Shown: positions 35,657-45,372 of the stretch, piece after piece | Layout of the letters: each line of letters opens with the position of its first letter | How positions within the stretch are numbered: the first letter of the stretch is position 1 | DNA from: Minisyncoccota bacterium | Lineage (GTDB): Bacteria; Patescibacteriota; Minisyncoccia; Phycocordibacterales; Phycocordibacteraceae | Length of the DNA: 64,000 bases | NCBI GenBank assembly: GCA_036405415.1 | Contig: DASWXP010000002.1 | Location: 125,862 to 189,861 of the forward strand | Direction: 5' to 3' | Notes under the pieces: generated by a model | The model's database searches: none | What the model saw: only the letters and a program-made list of their open reading frames with translations | What the model was told of the DNA's origin: nothing | Translations under genes and position numbers: made by a program

Positions 35657-36676
35657 TTACCCTATGATACCACCCCCGATAACGCGGTCGTTTCTGTAGA
35701 TAACGAGCGACTGCCCTGCAGCAACCGGCTCAGGAAGCGGCCCCTCGGGAACGAATGCATTTCCTGAAAGCGTACCCTTAATAACGGGTCCGTGGTACCG
35801 GAACTGAGCCTCCACGAGTCCTTCTGCCTCTCCGAACCAGTTCAGCTGCGAAAGCTTGATGCGATCTGGCGGCGACACGCGATCCTTGGATACGACCAGC
35901 TCGTTCTTCTCGATATCCTTCCGAACCACGTACCACGGACCCTGCGAAGCGCCCTCTATCGCTATACGGCTCCCAAGCGTATGGAAGAGCGCGCCATCGT
36001 GCTTTCCGAGCACGTTGCTTTCGGTATCGCGCGCGATTCCCGGTTCCTGCTCGCCGAGCTCCTGGCGCAGGAAATCCTCCACGGAAATGCTCCCGAGGAA
36101 GCAGATGCCCTGACTATCCTTCTTGCGTGCGTTCGGGAGCTTGAAACGCTTCGCAAGCGTACGGGTCCCATCCTTCTTCATGCCTCCGAGCGGCATGAGC
36201 GTCATGGCAAGCGCTTCCTCGGGCACTGCCCAGAGGAAGTAGCTCTGGTCCTTGGCCTCGTCTGTGCCTCGAAGCAGCTTTCCGTCTTCCACGCGCGCAT
36301 AGTGCCCGGTTGCGATATAGTCCGCACCCTTCTCTTTGGCGAAGCGGTAGAACGCGCCGAACTTAACCTCTCGGTTGCACATGATGTCAGGGTTTGGCGT
36401 CCTTCCCGCCTTGTATTCAGCAAGAAGATAGTCGATTACGCCCTGTTTGTACTCCTTCGATGCATCAAGCGTAATGAAGGGAATTTGCAGCCGTGCTGCA
36501 ACACGCATCGCATCCCTGCGATCTTCTGCCCAGGTGCAGAGCATGCCAGGCGGATACCAGCCCTTTATGAATACGCCGATGACGTCTGCGCCTCGTTCCT
36601 TAAGGAGCGCTGCGGTTACGGCAGAATCGACGCCACCGGAAAGTCCTACGAAGATCCTCTTTCCCTTCAGGTTCAT
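35657..36676 (-). CDS. mnmA: tRNA-specific 2-thiouridylase
   Basis: PP-loop SGGVDS at the N-terminus, catalytic Cys region (ICFLGSI), 339 aa. Confidence 0.9.
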   Translation of the reverse strand: MNLKGKRIFVGLSGGVDSAVTAALLKERGADVIGVFIKGWYPPGMLCTWAEDRRDAMRVAARLQIPFITLDASKEYKQGVIDYLLAEYKAGRTPNPDIMCNREVKFGAFYRFAKEKGADYIATGHYARVEDGKLLRGTDEAKDQSYFLWAVPEEALAMTLMPLGGMKKDGTRTLAKRFKLPNARKKDSQGICFLGSISVEDFLRQELGEQEPGIARDTESNVLGKHDGALFHTLGSRIAIEGASQGPWYVVRKDIEKNELVVSKDRVSPPDRIKLSQLNWFGEAEGLVEAQFRYHGPVIKGTLSGNAFVPEGPLPEPVAAGQSLVIYRNDRVIGGGIIG

Positions 36677-36694
36677 GCCTGAAGATATACCACA

Positions 36695-38098
36695 CTACGT
36701 AGGAAGATTGCTTGGTGCCTCGCTCGTCGTGGACTGGATGCGAGGCAGGCTCGGGGTCGTAACCGAGCTCGACGGCACATGATAGAGCGTCGCCATCTCC
36801 TCGACGCTCATGACGTTGTAGTCACCCACATATGGCGGATGGAAGAACGCACGCATGCGGTAGTACAAGAGCACCATGTGCTTCATATGCTCGCTATGAT
36901 GCCCATGCGGATCCTCCCACGGATAGTCGTTGAAATGGTTGTCCCAACGGCCGTCGGCAGGCATGAGCGAGTTCGCGTTCTCCGAGTTGAACGGCTTGAA
37001 GATGTTCACCAGCACGCCGCCCATGGTGCCCTGCGCCACGTCCTTCGGCGCGAGATAGATGCCGCGGATACCCACGTCGAACGCCTGCTTGCCGGTGTTC
37101 TTCTCGATAGCCTCGATGCGCGTCGCCATGGCGCGCGTCGGATTCGGATAGGAAACTGAGGTGCGCTTCACGCCGTTGGCATCCACGTACTCGTTCTCCA
37201 CCTTGTCTTCCTCGCGGAGCTTCTTAATCTCTTCCTTTGCCGCATCCTTCCAGGACGACGGCTTCGAGTCCCATGGCTTCCCCTGGTGCACACGCACCAC
37301 GAACTGGAGCCACAGCTGCTCCTTGGGACCCAAGGATCCCATGATTTCTATCATCTGCGCCAAGGGATCGATCTGCTCTTCTGGCTTCTGCACCTTATCA
37401 AGACCGTACTCTACATACGTCTTCAAAGGATACGGATCCGGCTTCGTCTTTCGGAACTCGAAGGCCGTCATGGTGTACGGCTCATGAGACGGATCAACCA
37501 GACGGCTGTAGTCCATGGCTTCGATAACCTCAACGCCAGGGTACTGCGCGTACAGGTAGCTCTCGAGCGCGCGGCGCCAGCCGGAGCGCAGCCATACGAA
37601 GTAGTGCACGCGGCCGCCGATGGATACGATCTCGTACGAATACCACGGGCGGGCGCGTCCCTGGATGATGCGCTTGTACCAGGTGTTCTCGCCTCCGGCG
37701 ATATGCATGCTCGAGAACACGGTCTCCATCGCAAGCGGCGTGCGCCTCGTGTCGCGAGGCATCTTGATCTCAAGCAGTACGGTCTCCTGCTTCGCGATCC
37801 ACGCGGACTTGTTCGCGTCGACAAACCTCCTGAATCCGAACGTGAACAGGAGCGCCGGGATCCAGAGCGGGGAAAGGAACAGGAGGAACTGGAAGTTCGT
37901 TATGGTCTGACTCGGCGAGAAGAAGAAGAAAGCGACGAGCTCCGCGCCGAACGCAATCAAAAGCGGCTTCAGCTCGACCGAGCTGCCCCCGTCTTCGTGC
38001 GCCTTGTGCATCCACCCTTTAATAAGGTCATGCCCCGGAAGCATGCTTTTGCTGTGTCCGCCTGCTGACATGCGCAAAGTATAGCAACGAAACGACAC
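36695..38098 (-). CDS. Hypothetical membrane-anchored protein (467 aa)
   Basis: N-terminal hydrophobic segments followed by a large soluble domain. No family recognised. Confidence 0.45.
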   Translation of the reverse strand: MSFRCYTLRMSAGGHSKSMLPGHDLIKGWMHKAHEDGGSSVELKPLLIAFGAELVAFFFFSPSQTITNFQFLLFLSPLWIPALLFTFGFRRFVDANKSAWIAKQETVLLEIKMPRDTRRTPLAMETVFSSMHIAGGENTWYKRIIQGRARPWYSYEIVSIGGRVHYFVWLRSGWRRALESYLYAQYPGVEVIEAMDYSRLVDPSHEPYTMTAFEFRKTKPDPYPLKTYVEYGLDKVQKPEEQIDPLAQMIEIMGSLGPKEQLWLQFVVRVHQGKPWDSKPSSWKDAAKEEIKKLREEDKVENEYVDANGVKRTSVSYPNPTRAMATRIEAIEKNTGKQAFDVGIRGIYLAPKDVAQGTMGGVLVNIFKPFNSENANSLMPADGRWDNHFNDYPWEDPHGHHSEHMKHMVLLYYRMRAFFHPPYVGDYNVMSVEEMATLYHVPSSSVTTPSLPRIQSTTSEAPSNLPT

Positions 38099-38140
38099 GA
38101 GCCCCGAAACAATCCGGGGCTCGTGTGAGTAGAGAACGCG

Positions 38141-39250
38141 TTAAGCGACCTGGTAGGTGCCGTCCTTCTGACGCTTGAAGTGACGCGTGTCGCCGAGATT
38201 CACGAGGATGGTGTTGTCCTTCACGTAGCGGACCTTCTTTACTTCCTCGATGATCGCGTCGCGCGTGAGCGGCCCATGCTTCTCGAGCACCTCGCGGATC
38301 ACGTCGCGCACGACGCCCGGCTGGTAGCCCCACTCAGCGAGCGCGTAGAGGCCACGGCCCACGAGCACGAAGCGGGAATCCTTGATGAGCTCGTTATGGG
38401 TCGTCGCGACATGCGCCTTCTTATTGAAGACCTCAACGATGGAAGACGCAACGTCCGCAAAGTGCATCGGCTCGCCCTTCTGCTTGATGACGAGGTACGC
38501 GTAGTCGCGGATACCCTTGGTGCGAATCGCTGGCGCGTGCGCCTTGCCCCACTCAGAAAGCGGATTCTTTGCGATAGTCTTTGAAATGGTGAGCCAGCGC
38601 TTCAAGATCTCCTCGTTCTGATACGCCTCGTTCACGCCCTTCAGCTCCTCGAGGAAGCGGTTGATGATGTCGCCCTCAGAAAGGACCTCAGCATCGTCAA
38701 GCGTCTCGTAGAGGCGCGAGAGCGCGGTGTGCACCGCCTCAGCGGTCTTATGGTCGACGTGCCAGCGGGCGTAGAAGTCGTCGGTCTCGCGCTCGCGGAA
38801 GAACGCGCTGCCCACGACAAGCAGGAAACGGAAGCGGTTCTTCGCCTTCTCGTCTGACGCGAGACCTGCGAGAAGCACATCCTCAGGAACGATGCCGCCC
38901 TGTCCCTCGATATGGGACGCGAGCTCGTCGAACGCCTCCTGCGACTCCTTGAACGCCTTCGAATTGCGGATGGACTCGATGCCCGCAGCCTCGATCTGGC
39001 GCACGCGCTCGCGCGTGATGCTCCAGCGCTCGCCGATAGCCTCGAGCGTCTCGCGGCGCTGCGCCGTCCCGAGTCCGAAACGGAGAGTGAGCACCTCGCG
39101 GCCGCGCTCTGGAACCTCCGAAAGAAGCTTCTTCACGAGCGCTACCGTGTCGAACGAGAGGGATGCGCTGGCTGCCTTCGGTGCCTTCGCCTTCTTAGCG
39201 GCTGGGACCTTCTTTGAAGCGGCTGCCGGCTTCTTCGCTGATTTCGCCAT
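38141..39250 (-). CDS. DNA-binding protein with a histone-H1-like Lys/Ala-rich N-terminal tail and a sigma-70 region-4-like HTH
   Basis: N-terminus MAKSAKKPAAASKKVPAAKKAKAPKAAS; segment EVLTLRFGLGTAQRRETLEAIGERWSITRERVRQIEAAGIESIR resembles sigma70 region 4. About 230-aa C-terminal domain of unknown function. Confidence 0.5.
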   Translation of the reverse strand: MAKSAKKPAAASKKVPAAKKAKAPKAASASLSFDTVALVKKLLSEVPERGREVLTLRFGLGTAQRRETLEAIGERWSITRERVRQIEAAGIESIRNSKAFKESQEAFDELASHIEGQGGIVPEDVLLAGLASDEKAKNRFRFLLVVGSAFFRERETDDFYARWHVDHKTAEAVHTALSRLYETLDDAEVLSEGDIINRFLEELKGVNEAYQNEEILKRWLTISKTIAKNPLSEWGKAHAPAIRTKGIRDYAYLVIKQKGEPMHFADVASSIVEVFNKKAHVATTHNELIKDSRFVLVGRGLYALAEWGYQPGVVRDVIREVLEKHGPLTRDAIIEEVKKVRYVKDNTILVNLGDTRHFKRQKDGTYQVA

Positions 39251-39267
39251 ATAATTAGTGTGGTATT

Positions 39268-39296
39268 CTTATACCAGATTGCGTAATAATCGTCAA
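39268..39296 (-). promoter_or_regulatory. Canonical sigma70-type promoter TTGACG-N17-TATAAG upstream of gene 38141..39250
   Basis: Minus strand reads TTGACG attattacgcaatctgg TATAAG, then a 17-nt leader to the ATG at 39250. Confidence 0.5.
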
Positions 39297-39298
39297 AT

Positions 39299-42169
39299 CT
39301 AGCCTATAACCAGGCTGAGAATCCTCCCCGGGACGTACACAGCCTTCGATATTGCTCCGATTGTGAGGGCTTCACGTACGAATTGGAGGCCCCGAGCGGC
39401 CGCGATAACGTCCTCCTCCGAGGCAGTTTTCGGAAGGACGACTTCCCCGCGCTTCTTCCCGTTCACCTGCACTACTATCGTCATGCCGTCGTCTTCAGGC
39501 ACTTCGCGGGATGGCCACGAGGCTTGATGTACGGATCCCTCGTTGCCAAGCCCCTGCCAGAGATGATCGGCAAGATGCGGCGCAAGCGGCGCGAGCAGCC
39601 GCAAGAGCTCGCCATACGCTTCCTTCGATACCTGCTCCTGCTTCTCGAGATCGCGCACGAGCACCATGAGCGCCGAGATGGCGGTGTTGTACTTGAAGCG
39701 CTCGATATCCTCAGACACCTTCGCCGTTGCCTGCGCGAGTGCCTTCGCTTCGGCAGGTGCCGCCTCTCCTTCTATGACCTTCTCCTTGAGCGCATAGATG
39801 CGGTCGAGGAACTTGCGCATGGCTGTCGCGCCATCTAGGTTCCAAGGATAGGTGCCCGGCTCGTTGTACGGGCCGATGAAGGCGAGGTACATGCGTACCG
39901 CGTCCGCGCCGAGCTCCTTCACGACGGAATCCGGATTAATTACGTTGCCTTTGGATTTCGACATCTTCGCGCCGTCAGGACCGAGGATGAGACCGCGGTT
40001 GAAGCGCTCTACGAAGGGCTCCGCTACCGGCACGAGCGCGAGATCGTACAGCGCCTTCACGAAGAAGCGCGAGTAGAGAAGGTGCATGGTGGTGTGCTCG
40101 CTGCCGCCTGAATAGCGGTTCACCGGCAGCCACCGCTTCATGACGGACTGGTCCGAGAAGTCATGCTCGTCCTTAGGATCCAGGTACCTGAGGAAGTACC
40201 ACGAGGAATCCACGAAGGTGTCGAGCGTATCGTACTCCGGGGTCCAGCCCTCGCCGAAGATGCGCGTTACGCGCTCCTGAAGCTCCCTTGAGGTTGCAAG
40301 CGGCGACTTGCCGGACGGCGTGAAGTCGACGTCCGTCGGGAGAAGCCACGGCAGGTGTTCCGCTGGAATGACATGCGGATTGCCTTCGGGATCGTATACG
40401 ACCGGTATCGGGCAGCCCCAGTACCGCTGGCGCGACACGAGCCAGTCACGAAGGCGATAGTTCGTTACCTTCTCGCCGCCGACGAACGCGATGATGTCGT
40501 CGATCGCCTCGCGGTTGTCGCGGCCAGAAAACTCGCCTGAATTCCTGAGAAGACCGTCCCCTCCGTACGCGCCTGGCGTAAGGAATCGCGCGAGCGCGTA
40601 GCTATGAAGCGGATCCTTCACGTCGCGAATCGCGTCCGCAAAGGGAACCCATTCAACCTCGAACTTACCTTTCTCGTCCTCTTCGAGCTTCGGTTCTTCG
40701 CACGCCTCACTCTTCAAGCGGAAATGAAGGAGCGTGGTATGCGCTACCCATGCCTTATTCTTCGAGTGCGCGAAGTACTCGTGATGTACCTGCTCCTGGG
40801 CACGCTCTACAAGCTCGAGATCCGTGTATCCGGTTTCCTCAGCGATCTCTCGCATGGCTGTGTATGCAGGATCCTCGCCTTCTTCCGCGGTACCGCCGAC
40901 GGTAAGCCGTCCGCCAAGCTCGGGCCTCCAGTGGATAGTGAGCACCTTTCCTTCGTGCTCGACGATCGCGACGATCTTCTCCTTATCTTCCGGATTCTCC
41001 TGCTTGGATCCTGTTATCGGATCGATAACGCGTCGCACCGAGAGATTCATCTTCTTCGCGAACTCAAAATCACGCTCGTCATGCGCCGGTACTGCCATGA
41101 CCGCTCCCGTGCCGTATGACGCGAGCACGTAATCTGCTACGTATACCGGAATCTCTTCTTGCGTAGCGGGATTAATAGCGCTGATTCCCTCGAGGCGTAC
41201 GCCCGTCTTCTCCTTGTTCTCCTGACGCTCGCGCTCGGTCTTCTTTTGCGCGGCTTCAACGTACGCACGGACCTCGTCCTTATTTAAAACTGCGTCGTCA
41301 TGCGGAGTGTCCCAGGCGGCGCGCACCCACGGGTGCTCCGGAGCAAGCACGAGATAAGTCGCGCCGAAGATAGTGTCGGGGCGCGTCGTGAACACGGAGA
41401 CTTGAGACGGATTTCCGTCCTCGTCTCGCCAGGCATCCTTCTCTTCGTTCCCGAACACGAGACGGAAGGGGATCCGGGCGCCCTCTGACTTTCCTATCCA
41501 CGCGCGCTGCGCGTCCTTGATGTCCTCGCGCCACGGAAGCGGATCGAGGTCCGTGATAAGGCGGTCCGCGTACTTCGTGATGCCCATGAACCACTGCGTG
41601 AGGTTCTTCTCCTCGACCTCGGTGCCGCAGCGCTCGCACTTCCCATCGTTCACCTGCTCGTTGGCGAGCACGGTCTGGTCCTTCGGGCACCATTTGACCG
41701 GTGCGTTCTTCCGGTACGCGAGCCCGTGATCATAGAGCTTCGTGAAGAGCCACTGCGTCCACTTGTAGTACTCAGGGCTCGAGGTAACCACCTCCTTGGA
41801 CCAATCAACCGAAGTTCCCATGGAGCGTACCTGTGCGCGCATGGTCTCCATATTCGCGTTCGTCCACGCTGCAGGATCCTTCCCGTACTTTATGGCGGCG
41901 TTCTCCGCAGGAAGCCCGAAGGAATCGAAGCCCATCGGGAACAGGACGTTCTTTCCCTGCATGCGCAGCATGCGCGCGAAGATATCCGTGAGCGCGAACG
42001 CGTACCAGTGCCCGATATGAAGGTCTCCCGAAGGGTATGGGAACTCGAAGAGGAGGTAGTAGGGATCACGATCAGTATCGGCAAGGTCCGCGCGATAGAG
42101 ATCGAGCTCCTGCCAGCGCGCCTGCTGCGCCTTCTCGATCTCCTGATGGTCGAATCGCTCGCGCGCCAT
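39299..42169 (-). CDS. leuS: Leucine--tRNA ligase carrying an inserted NUDIX hydrolase domain
   Basis: HIGH (HIGH at residues ~51-54), CP1 editing motifs TTRPDT and AVPAHDERD, KMSKS (KMSKSKGN), an anticodon-binding domain, 956 aa. An extra ~140-aa segment with a perfect Nudix box lies between the CP1 exit and the conserved NSGEF region. Confidence 0.9.
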   Translation of the reverse strand: MARERFDHQEIEKAQQARWQELDLYRADLADTDRDPYYLLFEFPYPSGDLHIGHWYAFALTDIFARMLRMQGKNVLFPMGFDSFGLPAENAAIKYGKDPAAWTNANMETMRAQVRSMGTSVDWSKEVVTSSPEYYKWTQWLFTKLYDHGLAYRKNAPVKWCPKDQTVLANEQVNDGKCERCGTEVEEKNLTQWFMGITKYADRLITDLDPLPWREDIKDAQRAWIGKSEGARIPFRLVFGNEEKDAWRDEDGNPSQVSVFTTRPDTIFGATYLVLAPEHPWVRAAWDTPHDDAVLNKDEVRAYVEAAQKKTERERQENKEKTGVRLEGISAINPATQEEIPVYVADYVLASYGTGAVMAVPAHDERDFEFAKKMNLSVRRVIDPITGSKQENPEDKEKIVAIVEHEGKVLTIHWRPELGGRLTVGGTAEEGEDPAYTAMREIAEETGYTDLELVERAQEQVHHEYFAHSKNKAWVAHTTLLHFRLKSEACEEPKLEEDEKGKFEVEWVPFADAIRDVKDPLHSYALARFLTPGAYGGDGLLRNSGEFSGRDNREAIDDIIAFVGGEKVTNYRLRDWLVSRQRYWGCPIPVVYDPEGNPHVIPAEHLPWLLPTDVDFTPSGKSPLATSRELQERVTRIFGEGWTPEYDTLDTFVDSSWYFLRYLDPKDEHDFSDQSVMKRWLPVNRYSGGSEHTTMHLLYSRFFVKALYDLALVPVAEPFVERFNRGLILGPDGAKMSKSKGNVINPDSVVKELGADAVRMYLAFIGPYNEPGTYPWNLDGATAMRKFLDRIYALKEKVIEGEAAPAEAKALAQATAKVSEDIERFKYNTAISALMVLVRDLEKQEQVSKEAYGELLRLLAPLAPHLADHLWQGLGNEGSVHQASWPSREVPEDDGMTIVVQVNGKKRGEVVLPKTASEEDVIAAARGLQFVREALTIGAISKAVYVPGRILSLVIG
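40580..40996 (-). other. NUDIX hydrolase domain inserted within leuS (residues ~392-530)
   Basis: Nudix box GTAEEGEDPAYTAMREIAEETGY fits GX5EX7REUXEEXGU exactly. E. coli LeuRS has only about 25 residues at the equivalent position ([30 protein letters not shown]). Checked at the nucleotide level around 40880-40930. Confidence 0.7.
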
Positions 42170-42170
42170 G

Positions 42171-43142
42171 CTAGCGGACCGGCTTTCCGAACGGCGGGTA
42201 GCGCTCAGGGTCTATGGTGCGCGAGAAGCACACCTCGCCAGCTCCATGCTGCCAGTTCTCGTCCGGCATCATGCTCGGGTACGATACGTCGCGCGGGAAC
42301 GCGCCCTGGCCCTTCGTGTCAGGAGTCTCTTGGCTGAATACCGCGCAGAGATCGAACGAGCTGTCGCCCGTGCGTTCGTAGCGATACGGCGCGCCCGTCT
42401 CAGGATCCACCGGGACCATGAAGCTCGAAAGCGGATCATTAAGCTCCGCGATATCCGCCGGAACCGCTTCCTTCGACTGCCAGAAGTTCACGATCTGGTA
42501 CTGGATGGACTGGAGGTCCGAGACGCGCTGCTCGTCGTAGCGAAGTTCGCGGATGGTGCTCGGCGTACCTATAACGAAGAATCCGGCCGCAACCGCGGCA
42601 AGTGCGAGCACACCCGCGCCTGCGCCAACGAGATCCGCCTTCTTCGGATGCGCTGCCCAGTATCCCTTGAGATCCGCGAGGAAGTGGAGGAACACGCCGA
42701 GCGCTACCAGGAGCACGACTGCTACCTTGAGGCCGAAGCGGATCGAGAGCTCGCCGCCGAGGAAGGTGGTGATGAGCGTGATGAGATCGACGAGAATAAC
42801 CGCGATCGCGATGAACACCGTGAGCACGAGCGCCCAGCGACGCGCCCAGATATTCGCCTTGCCTGGCTCGTTCGCGATAGAGCCACGGATGATGCGAAGG
42901 AGGATGATCGTCGTCGGAACCAGCACGATCACCCCTGCCATCGCGGCACGCACCGCTCCGCCGTACGGATCGCCCCAGTATGCGAGCGGATCCGGGAACG
43001 CATGGTTCACGTACTCGAAGAGGAGCGTGATGAGCGAGAGCACCGAACCGTAGAGCGCGATGACCGCGCCAGCCCAGAGGAAGAAATCACGGGGAGTCGT
43101 ACGTGTAGGTGCCTGTTCCATAGTGCGCGGATTATACCACAA
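42171..43142 (-). CDS. Hypothetical polytopic membrane protein (323 aa)
   Basis: 5-6 TM helices plus a soluble C-terminal domain. Its stop abuts the leuS start, so likely the same operon. Confidence 0.5.
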   Translation of the reverse strand: MWYNPRTMEQAPTRTTPRDFFLWAGAVIALYGSVLSLITLLFEYVNHAFPDPLAYWGDPYGGAVRAAMAGVIVLVPTTIILLRIIRGSIANEPGKANIWARRWALVLTVFIAIAVILVDLITLITTFLGGELSIRFGLKVAVVLLVALGVFLHFLADLKGYWAAHPKKADLVGAGAGVLALAAVAAGFFVIGTPSTIRELRYDEQRVSDLQSIQYQIVNFWQSKEAVPADIAELNDPLSSFMVPVDPETGAPYRYERTGDSSFDLCAVFSQETPDTKGQGAFPRDVSYPSMMPDENWQHGAGEVCFSRTIDPERYPPFGKPVR

Positions 43143-43160
43143 AAGACCACATGTGACCCG

Positions 43161-43751
43161 TTAGTGCGTAACATTCAAATGTCTGAAGAACTTCGAGTTT
43201 CGCGGGTCTGTAAACGAACCAGTCTTGAGTGCCCGAACTTCGAGGTGATGCGCCGCGTGCTCGATACTCTCTGGGGAATTCGTGCGGTTCTCGACATGAC
43301 CGAAACCGGCCTCGTGCAGAATATCCTCGAGCAGTTCGAAGTAATACCCAAACTTATGGATGTCGTGCTCGTCCTGCTGCCAACCGAAAATACTTCCAAG
43401 CGCCCAGTAGCGATCATTCTGACCGCGTTGCGTTGTATAGAAACTCTCATGACTTCCTTCGAGCAATTGTCGTGCGTGCCATAACAGGTTTGGCGTAATC
43501 ACGTATAGCACTCCTCCGGGAGCCAGCGCCCGGTTCCATTCAGCGAGCACTTCGATGAACTCCCTAAGCGTAAAGTGCTCAATGAGATGCCGCGCATAGA
43601 TTTCGCTTATAGTGCCATCGTCAAACGGCAGCTTGTCCGCACTGCATACATGATCAACGCCCGGGATGGCTCGTATGTCGCATGACTCATAGCCCTCCCT
43701 AGGATTCCTACCGCAACCAATCTCTATCTTCCGTGTCGCCCCAGGGTTCAT
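43161..43751 (-). CDS. Class I SAM-dependent methyltransferase
   Basis: Motif I IEIGCGRNPREG, motif post-I/II and GGVLYVITP. 196 aa. Confidence 0.7.
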   Translation of the reverse strand: MNPGATRKIEIGCGRNPREGYESCDIRAIPGVDHVCSADKLPFDDGTISEIYARHLIEHFTLREFIEVLAEWNRALAPGGVLYVITPNLLWHARQLLEGSHESFYTTQRGQNDRYWALGSIFGWQQDEHDIHKFGYYFELLEDILHEAGFGHVENRTNSPESIEHAAHHLEVRALKTGSFTDPRNSKFFRHLNVTH

Positions 43752-43760
43752 GATTTCTGT

Positions 43761-44855
43761 TTAGCTGTGCAGGAAGACCATCACGTCCCCGTCCTTCACT
43801 TCGTACGTCTTCCCTTCGGTCTTTATGTCACCCTTGTCGCGCGCGGCGCTCCACGAACCGTCCTGAAGGAGCGTGTCCCACGCCACCACCTCCGCCCTGA
43901 TGAACTTGTCCTTGAAATCGTTATGGATAGCTGCTCCCGCGTCAGGCGCGAGCGCGCCGCGCCGTATGGTCCAGGCGCGCGATTCCTTCGGACCCGTCGT
44001 AAAGAAGGTAATGAGGCCGAGGGTCTCATATGCAGCACGGATAAGCGCATCAAGCCCGTCCACCTGCACGCCGAGTTCCGAGCGGAACATGTCCTTGTCC
44101 TCGTCCGCCACATCGTTGAGCTCATGCTCCGTGCGTGCGTCCACCTCCACGTAGTGGCTGCCCATGGATTCGACGAGGTCGTACGCGGCCTGCGCACGAC
44201 CGTCATTGAGTTCCGAGAGATTGTGTCCGCCTGCCTTCCCATTGAAGGAATAGAGGATCGGCTTCATGGTGAGGAGATTCAAGGACTTGATGCGCTTCGC
44301 GTCTTCCTCGGAAAGAGAGACTGAACGCGCGAGTTTCCCTTCCTTGAGCGCCTGCTCGATCTGCGCGAGCACCGCGTCTTCCGCGAGCGCGTCCTTGTTA
44401 TTCATCTTCACGTCGCGCACCAGCTTCTCGCGGCGGCCCGCTACGGACTGCGCATCCGCGAGGATCAGCTCGAGATTGATGATCTCGATGTCGCGCGCCG
44501 GATCCACGTCCCCGTGCACATGCGTCACGTCCGGATCGTCGAAGAAGCGCACCATCTCTAGGATCGCGTCCACCTCGCGGATATGGGAAAGGAACTGGTT
44601 GCCGAGGCCTTCGCCTTCGCTTGCTCCCTTCACAAGCCCCGCGATATCCACGAACTCGACCGCTGCTGGGACCACCTTCTCGCTCTTTGAAAGCGCTGCA
44701 AGTTGATCAAGACGGGTATCAGGGACGCCCACTACGCCTACGGATGGGTCGATGGTGCAGAACGGATAGTTCTCAGCAGGAACTGCCGCCTTGGTGAGCG
44801 CATTGAAGAGAGTGGACTTCCCGACGTTCGGGAGCCCGACGATGCCGATTTTCAT
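43761..44855 (-). CDS. ychF: Ribosome-binding ATPase YchF (Obg-like GTPase family)
   Basis: [21 protein letters not shown], a TGS-like C-terminus, 364 aa. Confidence 0.9.
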   Translation of the reverse strand: MKIGIVGLPNVGKSTLFNALTKAAVPAENYPFCTIDPSVGVVGVPDTRLDQLAALSKSEKVVPAAVEFVDIAGLVKGASEGEGLGNQFLSHIREVDAILEMVRFFDDPDVTHVHGDVDPARDIEIINLELILADAQSVAGRREKLVRDVKMNNKDALAEDAVLAQIEQALKEGKLARSVSLSEEDAKRIKSLNLLTMKPILYSFNGKAGGHNLSELNDGRAQAAYDLVESMGSHYVEVDARTEHELNDVADEDKDMFRSELGVQVDGLDALIRAAYETLGLITFFTTGPKESRAWTIRRGALAPDAGAAIHNDFKDKFIRAEVVAWDTLLQDGSWSAARDKGDIKTEGKTYEVKDGDVMVFLHS

Positions 44856-44958
44856 ATGCGTACAGTAACGGGAATGGTCGCTAAAGGCAAAGGCGCATCA
44901 TTGACGCGCAACATGTTCGCTGGTATTACTAACCCGACTTTGAAGAAAGGAGATTTCA

Positions 44959-45177
44959 ATGTTCAAGGTCGACACTAAGTTCTTTTTCATCAGCCTGGTA
45001 GGCATAGCGCTCGCGCTCATATTCTGGCCCTTCGCCGGAATGCATATATTCACGACGTTCACCTGGTGGCAGATCCCCGTATTCTGGGCAGCCATCAACC
45101 TACCCGGCCACATAGGCCACCATATTCTCTCGAACCTTTGGGAACGGTTCGAACTGAAAATGGAGGCCAGGAAGTAA
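44959..45177 (+). CDS. Small membrane protein (72 aa), hypothetical
   Basis: ATG with a canonical SD AAGGAG 6 nt upstream. Two predicted TM helices. One of the few plus-strand genes. Confidence 0.5.
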   Translation: MFKVDTKFFFISLVGIALALIFWPFAGMHIFTTFTWWQIPVFWAAINLPGHIGHHILSNLWERFELKMEARK

Positions 45178-45255
45178 TGAACTTCTCAGAGCCTCGTCTA
45201 AAGCACGCACGTCAGTACCGCCCGCTTTTCCGGGGCTCTGATCATTTAAATACGC

Positions 45256-45278
45256 AAAACCGCCTCAAGAAGAGGCGG
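45256..45278. terminator. Rho-independent terminator (AAAA-ccgcctc-aagaa-gaggcgg) serving the minus-strand flavodoxin-like gene; bidirectional
   Basis: 7-bp GC stem. On the minus strand it is followed by TTTT. Confidence 0.55.
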
Positions 45279-45372
45279 CGGTGCAGAGGTGCCCACTGGC
45301 GGGAGGCGCTACTGTCAGGAAGCCCGCGTCTTGGGCATCAGGGTGAGCACCCCTGCTCCCAAAGCATGCGCC

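Noticed and set aside
45280-45372. Possible SRP (4.5S) RNA-like segment containing GUCAGGAAGCC downstream of the flavodoxin-like gene.
   Set aside because: It does not reproduce the conserved helix-8 motifs (GGUCC-GGAA-GGAAGCAGCC) or a closing helix. The region is better explained as 3' UTR plus the terminator at 45256-45278.
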